Assembly: GCA_964019335.1 (NCBI GenBank)
Contig: OZ025663.1
Coordinates: forward strand, 620,001-684,000
Source: Diplonema japonicum
Lineage: Eukaryota; Protista; Euglenozoa: Diplonemea
Length of the DNA stretch: 64,000 nt
Reading direction: 5' to 3'
The notes under the pieces are model-generated. The model did no database searches and had not been told where the DNA came from. It saw nothing but the letters and a program-made list of their open reading frames with translations. The position numbers were made by a program, and so were the translations under genes. The first letter of the stretch is position 1; each line of letters opens with the position of its first letter. Shown here in pieces: positions 11,301 through 22,899 of the stretch.

Positions 11301-14300
11301 CTTTGGGTACGCCACAGGTGCTGGGTCGGCCACGACTGACACCTGGACAGGACACACCAGCAGGGAGAAGCAGGATGTGACCTTGAAGACCTGTGACACT
11401 TCTGCTCCTGACACTCCAGCCCCCAACACTCCGGCCCCCAGCACACCTGCTCCTGACACTCCAGCCCCTGACACTACTGCACCTAATACACCTGCTCCTG
11501 ACACAATTGCTCCAACCTCATCTCCAGGAGCTGTGTTTGTTGCTTCATGCAGCATTGAAGCCCTCACTGTGACGATTGGAACAATGTCTGTATCGTACGA
11601 AGTTGGGATGATTGGTGTGGATGATGCCATTCAGTTCACTGTTCAGTTTGCATCCACGGCACCCAGCTGGGGTTCGATTGGTGTACGTGCAACTGGTGGT
11701 GCAGCCACCATGGCTGGTTATGACATTGTGGCCTTCGACTCTGACAAGGATGGTGTAACTGAGTACAACATCCCGACAGGCAATGGCAAACCCACACCTG
11801 AGGTCACTCCTGGTCAGGTAACATTTGTGAGCAGGACTGTTGGAACTGGGGTGACAACGGTATGCTGACAGGGAACAAATCAATAATCAAAAACACAGGT
11901 GGTATTCTACCGCAAGATGACAACTGGCTCTGCCAATGACTTCGACTTCACAAAGGGTTCCACCATCACCTTTGGGTACGCCACAGGTGCTGGGTCGGCC
12001 ACGACTGACACCTGGACAGGACACACCAGCAGGGAGAAGCAGGATGTGACCTTGAAGACCTGTGACACTTCTGCTCCTAACACTCCGGCCCCCAACACTC
12101 CGGCCCCCAACACTCCTGCTCCTGACACTACTGCTCCTGCCACTACTGCACCTAATACACCTGCTCCTAACACAATTGCTCCCACTTCATCTCCAGGAGC
12201 TGTGTTTGTTGCTTCATGCAGCATCGAAGCACTCACTGTGACCACAGGACCTATAGTAGTATCGTACGAAGTTGGGATGATTGGTGTGGATGATGCCATT
12301 CAGTTCACTGTTCAGTTTGCATCAACGGCACCCAGCTGGGGTTCGATTGGTGTGCGTGCAACTGGTGGTGCAGCCACCATGGCTGGTTATGACATTGTGG
12401 CCTTCGACTCTGACAAGGATGGTGTAACTGAGTACAACATCCCGACAGGCAATGGCAAACCCACACCTGAGGTCACTCCTGGTCAGGTAACATTTGTGAG
12501 CAGGACTGTTGGAACTGGGGTGACAACGGTATGCTGACAGGGAACAAATCAATAATCAAAAACACAGGTGGTATTCTACCGCAAGATGACAACTGGCTCT
12601 GCCAATGACTTCGACTTCACAAAGGGTTCCACCATCACCTTTGGGTACGCCACAGGTGCTGGGTCGGCCACGACTGACACCTGGACAGGACACACCAGCA
12701 GGGAGAAGCAGGATGTAACCTTGAAGACCTGTGACACTGTTGCCCCTACTGATGCTCCTACCACTCTGGCTCCAACAGGAATTCCTGGTGTTCCTCCTAC
12801 AGCGGTACCGACTGGTGCACCGAACACGGATGCCCCTCCAACCCAGGTACCTGCTACATACGTTCCTGGAACACCGCCTACTCTTGTTCCGAGAACACTT
12901 ATCCCTGCGACCTTAACACCTGGTGATACAATGTCTCCACCCGTTACATTTACACCTGGTGTCCCGCCAACTCCTGCACCTCCTGTTCCTTTTGTCGCAT
13001 ACTGCGGCCCGTTCCCTGTGGATACTAGGAATTCCGACATTTCGGTGCAGTACTGGATGGGTAAGGTGAATGGTGCATGGAACATACAGTTCGATGTTAA
13101 CTTTGTCATGGAGCCCGGTTTCGCAACGAAGAGTACGGCGACCTATGCGGCGCTCGGGTTCAGGGATGTGAAAGCGACCTATACTGGGATGAAAGATTTG
13201 GACATCATGGCGATCGACTCGTTTAACACTGACGATGTCACGGACTTTGAAGTGGCAACTGGCAATGGCAAACCTGTGCGCGACGTGTTCCAGCACGGTG
13301 TTGTTACAATGACAACAGCAGTGCCTGGATTTAGAAACGTATGTATTATCATAATTTTTGTACACAACCGCAGACGACGTTCTATAGAGCACTCGACACT
13401 CGCGACGCAAAGGACTACATCTTGGTCAGGGGGACAAAGATAAACTTGGCGTGGGCCATTGGTAAGGGTACCGCAGGCGACACATGGAGCAAGCACACTG
13501 CAACGGGTTTAGTAGACATTATGCTGCACACGTGTGCTGCCCCCACAGATTCCCCTGCCACCTACGCGCCGCTTGGCCCCAATGACACCAACCCTCCTCA
13601 AACGTTGGTACCGCGAACGAGTATTCCTAATACGTGGGCCCCTGGTGTCCCGGGAACTTACGCACCCCCTTCGATGGCTCCAGGGACCACCTCGGCACCT
13701 GTTATCGGTACTTTTGTACCTGCATGCACTGCCCCACTTAGCGTGCCCATTGCATCACCTAGCATGACTCTGACCTACGACATCGGCACGGTTGCCGGTG
13801 AGTGGGCCATCCAGTTCACCATGACGTACCCCATCACAGGCCTTCCCATGGTCGACCCGCAGTGGGCGGCCATCGGTATTAAGAAGGGTAACCCGTCCTC
13901 CGTAAAGATGGACGGCCTTTGGATCATGGGCACCGACAGCAATACCACGCACATTATCGACTCGTACCAGAACCGTGGTCCTGGGGGCATTCCTAACCCC
14001 GACCCGATTCAGGATTCTGTGATGGTGTCGTCTGTCCGTACAGGCACAGTAGGAACGGTATGCAAGTTAATAAAAATGCTACTACTTACAGTCTGTGTTC
14101 TACCGTTTGCTGGACAGGTCGGCAAAGGGACGCACTGTGGCGGCATACAGCATGAATGACGATCCCATCGTGCGTGGGCAGAACCTCACGATCGCGTACG
14201 CCTTCGGCAACGGGAGCATGGTGATAAATGGGAATGAGTTTGACAAGGTGAAGTGGGTGGGTCACCCTGCCAACCAGGTAGGTATTATGCAGGTCTACAT

Positions 14301-17300
14301 TGAGACTTGCGTTGACCCCACTGGAGCCCCGCCCACGCTTGTCCCGGGTGCGACGGTTGCCCCTGACACACCTGCTCCGATGACGTCTGTTCCCATGACA
14401 ATGGTGCCCCTTGCGCCGAACCAAACCTATGCACCACCTACATACCCGCCTGACACGACTGTGCCAGTGACATCGGCGCCTGGGACTACCATGGCACCCG
14501 ACACACTGCCTCCCTTTGCGCCTCTCGACAACTGCTCTGCCACCATCAACCTCAACAACCCTACCATCACCCTGTCGTACCTCATTGGGGTCTCTGAGGG
14601 CGCCGAGGTTATCCAGTTCGAAGCTACCTTCCCGTCTGACGCGAAGGACACTTACTTCTCGATCGGCTTCCGCAATGCCTCAATCACAACAGGCATGCAG
14701 GGTCTCGACATTATTGCTGTGGACTCCGCTGGGATGGCTGCCTACGATCTCTACTCTGCTGGAAATGGGAAGCCTACGTACGACCCCTACCCAGACAGTG
14801 TTTTGGTCGGGTCGAGAAAGGTCGGCACCAACACTGTGGTATGCACGCTGTTTACATTGCATAAGTAAATACACACAGGCCACGTTCCGCAGACCTCTGG
14901 GTTTGGATGCGACGAACAAGTACGACACCGCACTCGGCCGTGGCATGACGGTGAACTTTGCGTGGGCGTACGGTGACGGCTTGGTGCAGAGCAACACATG
15001 GGCCAAGCACAGCGCTAAAGCAGCAATGAGTTTGACTCTTGTGCAGTGCTACAACCCAACGGATGTCCCGGCTACTCTCGTTCCTGGTGCCACTGCCATT
15101 CCTTCGACAGGAGCACCAGCGACAGCAGTGCCCAAGACACTGACGCCTGGCACCACTGCTGTACCTACTGCCGTTCCGACGACGCTGGTTCCTGGTACGA
15201 CATTGGCGCCTTCGACCCCTGTCCCCCCGGTCCCGTTCTTCCCCAGGTGCACTGAAATCACTGTGAACACGAGCAGCCCCAGCGTTGCAATCACATACCG
15301 CATAGGCAGCGTGGGTGGTGACGATGCTATTCGCTTTACGATGACGTTCCCAAGTGGTGCGTCCACACCTACCTATGGTGCTATTGGTGTTCGCAATGCT
15401 AGCACTCCCTCTGTAACTGGCATGGTGGGTTATGACATCTACATCACCGACTCCGTGTCTGATACCGTTTTCGACATGCAGGTCGCGACATCATCTGCTA
15501 TGCCGTCGCTGGACCCGTACTCAAGTGTCACGTTTGAGAGCAAGACGCAGACCGCCGTCGACACCACAGTATGCACCGAACTAATAATTATTCCAAACGA
15601 AATTGTGGCCACTTGTTGCGTCACGGGGGTTATTTGACTAAAGCGCCCAGAGCAGACTACTTTGCTTTTCCGAACTTGGAGACTAGTTGCACCTTAAACT
15701 CAAAGATTTAAACCGACATGGGCCACTGAGGTCTGGGTATTTTCTGTCCGTTGTATAAGAAATTTAGTTGTCCTCAGCTAAGATTTTCTTTTGGGACCTT
15801 TGTACCATCACACACGCACAGGTCGTCTTCTACCGCAAGCTAGCGCTTCAAACTAACATTTACGACGTGGGGCTTGCCCGTGGACAGGACATCGAGCTCG
15901 GGTGGGCCACTGGTCCGGGATCTTACCTTGCTGGTAGTATTGTTGGGCACTCGATGAAGGAGACCGTGCCGTTGACGCTCATTGAGTGCTATGCCGCGAC
16001 CGGCGTTCCTGACACCCTGTCCCCTGGTGCCACTGCCATGCCCACCATGACACCCGGCACCACTATGGCACCGGCGACGACACTGGCGCCAGGCACCACC
16101 ATGTCCCCAGCACCCACCTTCGTGGCTGAGTGCGAGCAGGACAGCCTCAACGTCACCAACGACGTGATCAGCGTGAAGTACATGTTTGGAAACTACGCAG
16201 GCACTCCCGCCATCCAGTTCGAGGTCACCTTCCCCAACACCAGCTCTGTCCCTGCATGGGCAGGCATCGGCTTCAAGCCCAAGGGTACTGACATGACTAT
16301 GGCCAACCTTGGCATTATTGCCTTTGACAGCGTGACTCAGGATGTGAAGGAGTTCAAGGCCGGTGGGAACGGCAAGCCCACCTTTAAGTACGGTGCTGCA
16401 ACGTTCGTGTCGTCGGCCTACGCCAACGGTGCCACCACGGTATGCGGCTGCGGCGGGAGGAAACAACTCACCACACACTCAGGTTACTTTCTTCACAAAC
16501 ACATCGACCACGAACTACGTGATCACAAAAGACCAGGAGCTCACCTTCGCTTGGGCGGCGGGCGACTACAGCGTCTTCGACGACACGTGGACACAACACA
16601 CGAGTGCGGAGTCCACGCTGGCAACGCTGACATGCGGCACACCGATTGACACGCCAACACCCAACCCGCCTACTGGGTACGGTAAGTTCGAGCCGTGCAT
16701 CCCATCGAAGGGCAAGGAGGTGATCAACGTGGACGAGGTGAAGGTGTCCTACGAGCTGGGGTGGTTCACGACAGGAGCGGCGGATGAAAAGACAGGTGAC
16801 GAGGTGATCAAGGTGACCTTCGAATACCCGGAAGGGTCCGCGAAGGGGTGGGTGGGTGTGGGCTGGTCCGCAGGAACAGCCAATAAGATGAAGGACATGG
16901 ACATCGCAGTCATCGACGAGAACTCGCAAACCATCTACGACATGTGGTCGGGGAGCACAGGGGGCGTCCCGGAGATGGACGGCGACATCTGGCCTGGCGA
17001 CGTGACCATCACAGGCGGGAAGTGGACCGTATCCTTCATGAAGCTGATGAAGAAAGGAACAGCGAAGGATGTCGGGTTCGATGGGGGGAAGGCTATTAAC
17101 TGGGTCTTCGCAAGAGGAGCAGGAGCAGTGACAGACGGCACGTGGACTAAACATACAACTGCCCCTCTGAAGGCCGCCACTGGCTTGGCGGTGGAGGATA
17201 TCTGCGCCATGGGTGCGGCAGGTCCCGAAGCCACGCCAGAGTCTGACAGCTCGGACTCGAACACGCTTCTCATCATCATCATCATCATTGTTGTCGTTGC

Positions 17301-17451
17301 GCTCCTGTGCGGCATCGTCGGCTTCTTCATCTGGAGGAACAAGAAGGAGCAGAACGTCGGCTACGCGGAGTTCATTGATGCAATGAAAGATGAGACCTTC
17401 CAAGAAGAGCCAATGATGAACACCACCTACACCAGCCCTGGTGCTGTTTAG
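2329..17451 (+). CDS. Giant type I membrane protein, ~3810 aa: signal peptide, 18 DOMON domains with Pro/Thr-rich linkers, one TM helix, short cytoplasmic tail; 16 exons
   Basis: Exons 2329-3693, 3730-4290, 4327-4902, 4942-5532, 5570-6145, 6183-6857, 9805-10419, 10456-11190, 11230-11859, 11899-12528, 12568-13338, 13374-14057, 14092-14838, 14879-15568, 15822-16439, 16483-17451. All are multiples of 3 and all 15 introns are GTATG...CAG. Each domain shows the DOMON pattern I-x-F-x-V...W/Y-x-x-[IL]-G...M-x-x-x-D...V-x-F-x-R...W-x-x-H. Signal MQRLPLLLLLAGMSAA; TM LLIIIIIIVVVALLCGIVGFFIW. Confidence 0.9.
7990..9692 (+). mobile_element. piggyBac-family DNA transposon, non-autonomous deletion derivative, inside intron 6 of the DOMON gene
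   Basis: TIR CCCCTAAAGGCCCG (7990-8003) and CGGGCCTTTAGGGG (9679-9692). ATAA lies directly outside both ends (7986-7989, 9693-9696). Internal transposase remnants present. Confidence 0.92.
8184..9330 (+). pseudogene. piggyBac transposase pseudogene
   Basis: Frameshifted fragments in the correct order: ILEYKIWLGLVLLMG; NRFVDIQRYLTFDN; PGKWLSVDGSVIP...RKSNSVGIKVIATCDS*NGYLANFNIF; VFYWVLESCVANSSIIWK; Cys-rich end CAVPGC...WCPCCKTPLCKTCFLPLH. The segment with the 2nd and 3rd catalytic Asp is missing. Boundaries approximate. Confidence 0.88.
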
Positions 17452-17537
17452 ACTGCGTCATTGTCCTCCATTGTAGGTAACCTACTCTTGTATTCCACAT
17501 CCCTAAGAATCGCTCGACTACTTTGAAAAAGAAAATG

Positions 17538-17573
<36 letters not shown>

Positions 17574-18404
17574 AAGAGGGAAAATCCCATCTTCTTTTTC
17601 ACCACCCGTCCTTTCGTGCCCCCTTTTTATTTAGTCTCCTGAAACATTTTTTTTTCGAAGCTGTAATAAAAAAAAAAAAAAGTAAAATAAAAATAAAACA
17701 GAAAAGGAGAGGGGAGGCCCCCCTATGTGAGAAAGGAAGGAACAGAATAAACATAGGAGAATCTGCTGGTCATGTTGGAAAGCACTATGCAGAAAGATAG
17801 ACCGCAGAAAGAGGAAAGAAAAAGAGGAGAAAAAAAAAAGTTCTTATTCTTCCTCCTCACAAAAAAAAAAAGAAAGTGAAATGAAAAAAAAAAAAAAGAA
17901 AAAACAAAAAACAAAAAAACATACCTTCGTACTTTGCAAACTCTTTTCTCCCCCCCCCCCCCCTCCCACCCTTCTCAGTCCTACCATGGAGTAACCATTG
18001 TCACTATCTGTTTGGGTTTCCTGTTTTTTTCTTTTCTTTTCTTTTCTTTTTTCCTTCCCTTTCATGTCCCTTTTTTTATGTCCCTTGACATCTCTTGTGC
18101 AACAAAATTGGGAAGAATGGTAATGGAAGTTAGTGTGCTTTTTTTTAAATGTCTTTTTTTTTTTCACTTTAAAGTAGAGACAAGGGACGTTATTACAAAA
18201 CAGAACCTCCTTTTATCTCATCTTTTTTTTTAATTCCTCAGCATATGACAGTGACAGTTATTTCAAGGAAAATAGAAGGCTGTAAAGAAAATAAACACAA
18301 AAAAAAAGAAATGATCAGATTGCAACAGAAAACATCCTCTAGACCACCCCCCTTTTTTTTGGTGTATCAGCAAAAGAAAAGAAGAGGTAAAAAAAAAAAA
18401 GAGG

Positions 18405-18440
<36 letters not shown>

Positions 18441-19659
18441 AATGTGTTATTTCTGTCCCTATTCGATAGTAGTAGTTACAAAGATTTCATGTCTTCCTTC
18501 TTTCTTTTTTTTTCCCCCCCCTTTTTTTTTCCTTCGTGATTTTGATTTTTCGTAATTCTGGCTTTCAGAAAAAAAAAAGAAAAAAGAAAAAAAGAAGAAA
18601 AAAAAAAAGAAAAAAAAAAAAAAAAAGAAAGTAGGTGAGTTTGCAATGCTTATCTCAAGATTTGTACAGCATGCATGAACCTAGACGCTAAATACTATAC
18701 TGACTCTTTCTTCTTCTTTTTTTTTTATTCTGCGTAAACAAGAAAAACAGTGTTACTGTTAAAATGGAGTCGAGGCAGCTTAGTCCGGCTTTTGACCGCC
18801 GACTTTGCACGAACAACAAGCCACCAGCTCTTTTTGTTTCTGTTTTTCTTCCTACTTTGAAGGTAAGGGGACACCCCGGGGCAAACAAGAAGGGAAAAAG
18901 AAAAAGAAAATGAAAAAAAAAAAACTATTTTTTTTTTTTTTTTTTTTTTTACTGCTAGCAGCAATTGGTCACAATATACCCGTGTTGAATTTATGGCTGC
19001 GTAGCAACAGTTGGTAGTTTTCTTTTTCTTTTTTTTTCTTTTTCTTATACACCCCCTACCCCCTTACTGAGACGAAAACCGAGTCGAATTTTCTTTGTCC
19101 TGCTCTGGGCATTCCTACCCGGTATTTTCTTCTTATTTTTTGTTTTTGTTTTTTTTTTGAAATATTATCCCTCCCGTACCCAGCTGCTACTCCAACCTCC
19201 TTTATTTGTTGATTTTCCATTGCGAAGAAATAGAAGGGAAGGAGGAAGTGAGAGAGCAAACAAATCAAACAAAGAAAAAAAAAAAAGAAAGCTAGAAATA
19301 AAAGGAGGAAATAAAAGAGCATACGAACGGTTCTTTTTTTTTTTCTAAGGTATATACTTGTCATTACGCAGCTTATTCTCTTATCCACCATTTCTCGTTA
19401 TCCTGCTTGCCCTCTGAGCCTTGCCTTTGGCCGAGGTAAGAAGAGCTCCACCAGCATTACAGAGGGCACAAGAAAAAAGAAAAATATTTCCAACCAGTAG
19501 GTCCAAACACCCTTTTTTTTACATAGTTTTTTTTTTTCTTCTTTGGTGGGTAGAACAGCTTACACTCTTCTCCTATCAGTGAAGAATTCCCCCCCCCCCC
19601 CCCCCCCAACACGCCCTACTGCTTGGTATATGTTATTTTCTGAGAGAAATGGAGAAAGG

Positions 19660-19691
<32 letters not shown>

Positions 19692-19925
19692 GCGAGAGGG
19701 AAGAAAGAAAGAAGGAAGATGAAAGGAAAAGTGAACTTTTGGAATAAGCTACAGAACAATGTGTTTTTTTTTATATCTCAACCACCCCCTCCTTTCCCCC
19801 ATATTCTCCCTCTGCCATCTTATTCTTTTTTATTTCTCTTTCTCTGACCTTGAACCCAAGGACTACAACCCCACACAATACCAATTGTTGAAGGATGTTT
19901 TACTTCATTCCTCGGATCTCTCACC

Positions 19926-19958
<33 letters not shown>

Positions 19959-20367
19959 GGTTTTTTTGACTTTTTTTTTTACCCCCTTCCCCCTCCCTTC
20001 CCCACTGTATGGTTGGTATATGTTTCCCCCTCCCTTCTATTTTACTTTCACTCCCTCTCTTTCCCATCTTTCCACTTTGTTTTTTTTTTTAAAGCCCCCC
20101 TTTTGCGAATACACTTTAACCTCGATTTCCCGTTTAACAACTACGTACGAGCAGTTTCCTGTTGATTCTTTATAAGGTCCCCTGATGCTGTGTGTTGTAT
20201 GTCATATGTGTCTGTTTCGCTCGTTTCGGTATCCGGAGCTTAAAGGGTGAAAGTTGTCCTGACTGGGGCCTGTACCTGGGGCTGATCCTGGTCTACCGGG
20301 GGGGCATTATTTGTCTCTCCGTGAAGTAAATTTTAGTAGAGTGAAATAAAAAAAGAAAAAAAAAAAA

Positions 20368-22125
20368 ATGAAAATACACATTGGGGTAATCCTAAGCCTT
20401 GCGGTGTGTGCAGTAGAGAGTAAGACCTTCAGCTTCGCTGTGCTTGGTGACTTTGGGACAGGAGGCTATGAAGCGGGGATGTTCTTCGAAGTGATCAGTG
20501 CGCTGGGAGTGCATGACACAAACGAGAGGCACGACACGCAGTTCACGATAAGCACAGGCGACAATATCTACAACGGTGATGTGAACTTTGGCTTGACAAA
20601 GTCTTTTGAAGAACTGTGGACACGGCCAGGTGCCAACGGGGGAGGGAACTGGCTCCTCACGAGAGGCAACCACGACAACATCGGCGCACAGATCGAGTAC
20701 TCTAAAAAGAACAGCAGATGGATCCTTCCGTCTGTCTTCTTCACACGTGAGATCGACACTGGCCTCAACTTCACAGTGCAAGTGTGGTCAGTTGACACCC
20801 ACGCCTTCAACAACGACCAGTTGCAATGGCTCGAGAAGAGCCTCCAGAAGTCCACCGCCAGGTGGAAGTTCTTGTTCACCCACTACCCGTGGATCTCCTC
20901 AGGCCGCCACAAGAGGGTTGCCCCCCCCGTCACTGTCGCCGCCATCGCCAAAAAGTACGGAGTCCAAGCCGTGTTCTCCGGCCACGACCATCTCCTGCAG
21001 TCCTGCGTGCATGAAGGCGTCGGGTTCATCGGTAGCGGCGCCACTGCCAGAGGGGCGATGCTTGACAGGCGGCTTGAGAAGGACAAGACAGATTTCCTTT
21101 GGGCATGGGGGCTCACTTACTCCGTCGGCTTCCATGGCATCCTTCAAGTCTCCCTCACAAAGAACGTCATGTGGGGCAGCTTGTACTCCCGCACCAACAT
21201 GGTCCACGAGTTCGCCACCGTGTGGGACTGGCCCTTCAAGTACAACAACCTTGGCGAGGGCAACAAGGCAACGACCTTCCCGAGCCCGAAGGTGGTGCTG
21301 CAGTATTTGAACGAGGAGGCAGACAGCACGAAGCCCGACGAGGTGGACAAGGAGAAGGAGAAGGAGAAGGAGAAGGAGGCCACCCCGTCGCCTACGAACG
21401 CGATCGACACGTCGAAGGTGGCGACGAATGTGGAGCAGCGCATCACAGAGAAGGTGATCAGCCCCGAGGTGCTTGTGAAGGGTGCTGCACCGGAGAAGGT
21501 TGCGGTGTTCGTGGCAACGACGTCGTGTGCGGAGTGTTTGGGACCGTCGGTTAACAAGAAGTTCTCACTTTGGGTGCAGGGAGTGACCTTTGGGAAGAAG
21601 CACAGGGTGTTCCTCGCCTACTCATCCTCAGACTGCACAGAAGAAGGCCAGAACAGAGCCGTTGCGGGAACCAACGTCATCGTCCCCACGCCTGTGGCAG
21701 AGTTCACGACCCGTGGCGCTATAAAGGAGCAGACAGATGTTTTTGTGTGCCTCTCGGGCGATGAAGGGAAAACCTACTTCGTGTTGCGACAAGCGGATAC
21801 CGGCGTGAACTCTTTCAGTCTCTACCCGGAGCCACCTAAGGGCGAAGCAGTTACGCCTGAACGTCCTCAGGCAACTGCACCTTCAAAGGAAGGTGCCACC
21901 AAGCAGCACCTTACCCGTCTCATCAACAGCCTCTCTTCCGATAACATGGTGAGGCACTCTTCTGCGATACCGGCAAGCTACTTCTACATCCTTGTCGCCA
22001 TCATGTCTGTGGGCATACCTATTGCATGGTATGACGTGGGGGGGGGAAGGGTTTTTTTGAATAATATTAACAGGCACAAGGGACGCTCTGCCGCGCGTCA
22101 GGAAAGGCGGCCTACAGCTAGCTAG
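20368..22125 (+). CDS. Purple acid phosphatase (TRAP/ACP5-like metallophosphoesterase) with signal peptide and C-terminal TM anchor
   Basis: All five PAP ligand motifs present: DFG, GDNIY, GNHD, FTH, GHDH. Hydrophobic N-terminus; TM YFYILVAIMSVGIPIAW. Probable in-frame 45-nt intron 22029-22073 (GTATG...AACAG). Confidence 0.88.
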   Translation: MKIHIGVILSLAVCAVESKTFSFAVLGDFGTGGYEAGMFFEVISALGVHDTNERHDTQFTISTGDNIYNGDVNFGLTKSFEELWTRPGANGGGNWLLTRGNHDNIGAQIEYSKKNSRWILPSVFFTREIDTGLNFTVQVWSVDTHAFNNDQLQWLEKSLQKSTARWKFLFTHYPWISSGRHKRVAPPVTVAAIAKKYGVQAVFSGHDHLLQSCVHEGVGFIGSGATARGAMLDRRLEKDKTDFLWAWGLTYSVGFHGILQVSLTKNVMWGSLYSRTNMVHEFATVWDWPFKYNNLGEGNKATTFPSPKVVLQYLNEEADSTKPDEVDKEKEKEKEKEATPSPTNAIDTSKVATNVEQRITEKVISPEVLVKGAAPEKVAVFVATTSCAECLGPSVNKKFSLWVQGVTFGKKHRVFLAYSSSDCTEEGQNRAVAGTNVIVPTPVAEFTTRGAIKEQTDVFVCLSGDEGKTYFVLRQADTGVNSFSLYPEPPKGEAVTPERPQATAPSKEGATKQHLTRLINSLSSDNMVRHSSAIPASYFYILVAIMSVGIPIAWYDVGGGRVFLNNINRHKGRSAARQERRPTAS

Positions 22126-22899
22126 GGGAAGAGCGAAAGAGCTTTAATTCTTCTTTCTTCTTCCTTTTTTTTTTATAAAGTTGTAATAGAGAGAAATTGC
22201 ATAACACCTCCCCCACACTCCATGTTTTTATAGCAGACCCCTTAATCTTCCTTTTCTCCCTCACGTCCCCGGAGTCGTTGGCTGTTTTTTTGTTGTTGTT
22301 GTGGACTATTGGCATTACAGGGACGGAAGTACTTGATCCCCCCCCCTTCCTTCCCAATCTATTTTTTCTTCCCTGGTGTCAGGAGGAGTCGGCAAAATGT
22401 TTGGTATACTTTAAAGACCTTAAGAAGAAAGCAAAGAAACAAAAGAAAAGAAGAAAAGTCGAAATAGAAGTTCGTTCTCCTTCTCATTAGAAGCCACTGG
22501 ACAAGCTGGTTAATTCTTTGTTACGAGGAGAGTGGTTGAGGCAAGAACATTAACTGTTTTGTTTCTTTTCTTCCGCCAAGTGCGCCCCCCCTGTAATCAA
22601 GTTGACAGTGCTTGTGCAGGGCGCCACCAACACTGGCTTCCTTTATCTCTTATATTTTTTGAAAATATTTTATTCCACCCCCCCCTTTGTTACACGGCGT
22701 AGGAAGGAAGAAGGTGTTGAGAAGGGAATTCTTATCGTCTGGGGGGAGAGGGGGGAAAGAAAAAAGAAAAAAAAAGAACAGAGAACCCACCCCTCCCCCA
22801 CCTTGATCAATTTCTTTTTATTTCCCCCTCCTCCCCTTAGGTTTTTTCTTACGTCGTTTCTCTTGTCCAACTGCTGCACACAGAAAACGGAATTTTTCT

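Larger units (their letters stand above)
3364..12738 (+). repeat. Ten near-identical intragenic tandem units (~600-770 bp each: DOMON domain + intron + variable 15-bp [DNS]TPAP minisatellite)
   Basis: The unit AVFVASCSIEALTVTIG...SREKQDVTLKTCDT recurs ten times with only scattered substitutions. Linker pentapeptide copy number differs between units. Confidence 0.95.

Noticed and set aside
3694-12567. Stop-codon readthrough or genetic-code reassignment linking the DOMON ORFs, since the 36- and 39-nt spacers are in frame with a single stop
   Set aside because: The 37-nt variants shift the frame, all spacers have GTATG...CAG ends, removing them restores the domain seen in intronless copies, and all three stop codons end genes normally elsewhere.
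3364-12738. CRISPR-like or satellite array, or a tandem array of separate genes
   Set aside because: The units are ~600-770-bp coding repeats. Only the first exon has a signal peptide and only the last has a TM, consistent with one spliced gene.
15569-15821. 253-nt DOMON intron as host of a MITE or snoRNA
   Set aside because: Longer than its sisters, but I found no terminal repeats, target duplication or box motifs.
20175-20271. Possible box C/D snoRNA (AGGTCCC/GGGGCCT stem, CTGA at 20259)
   Set aside because: Box C is degenerate (CTGATGC), no clear C'/D' boxes, and no rRNA complementarity recognised.
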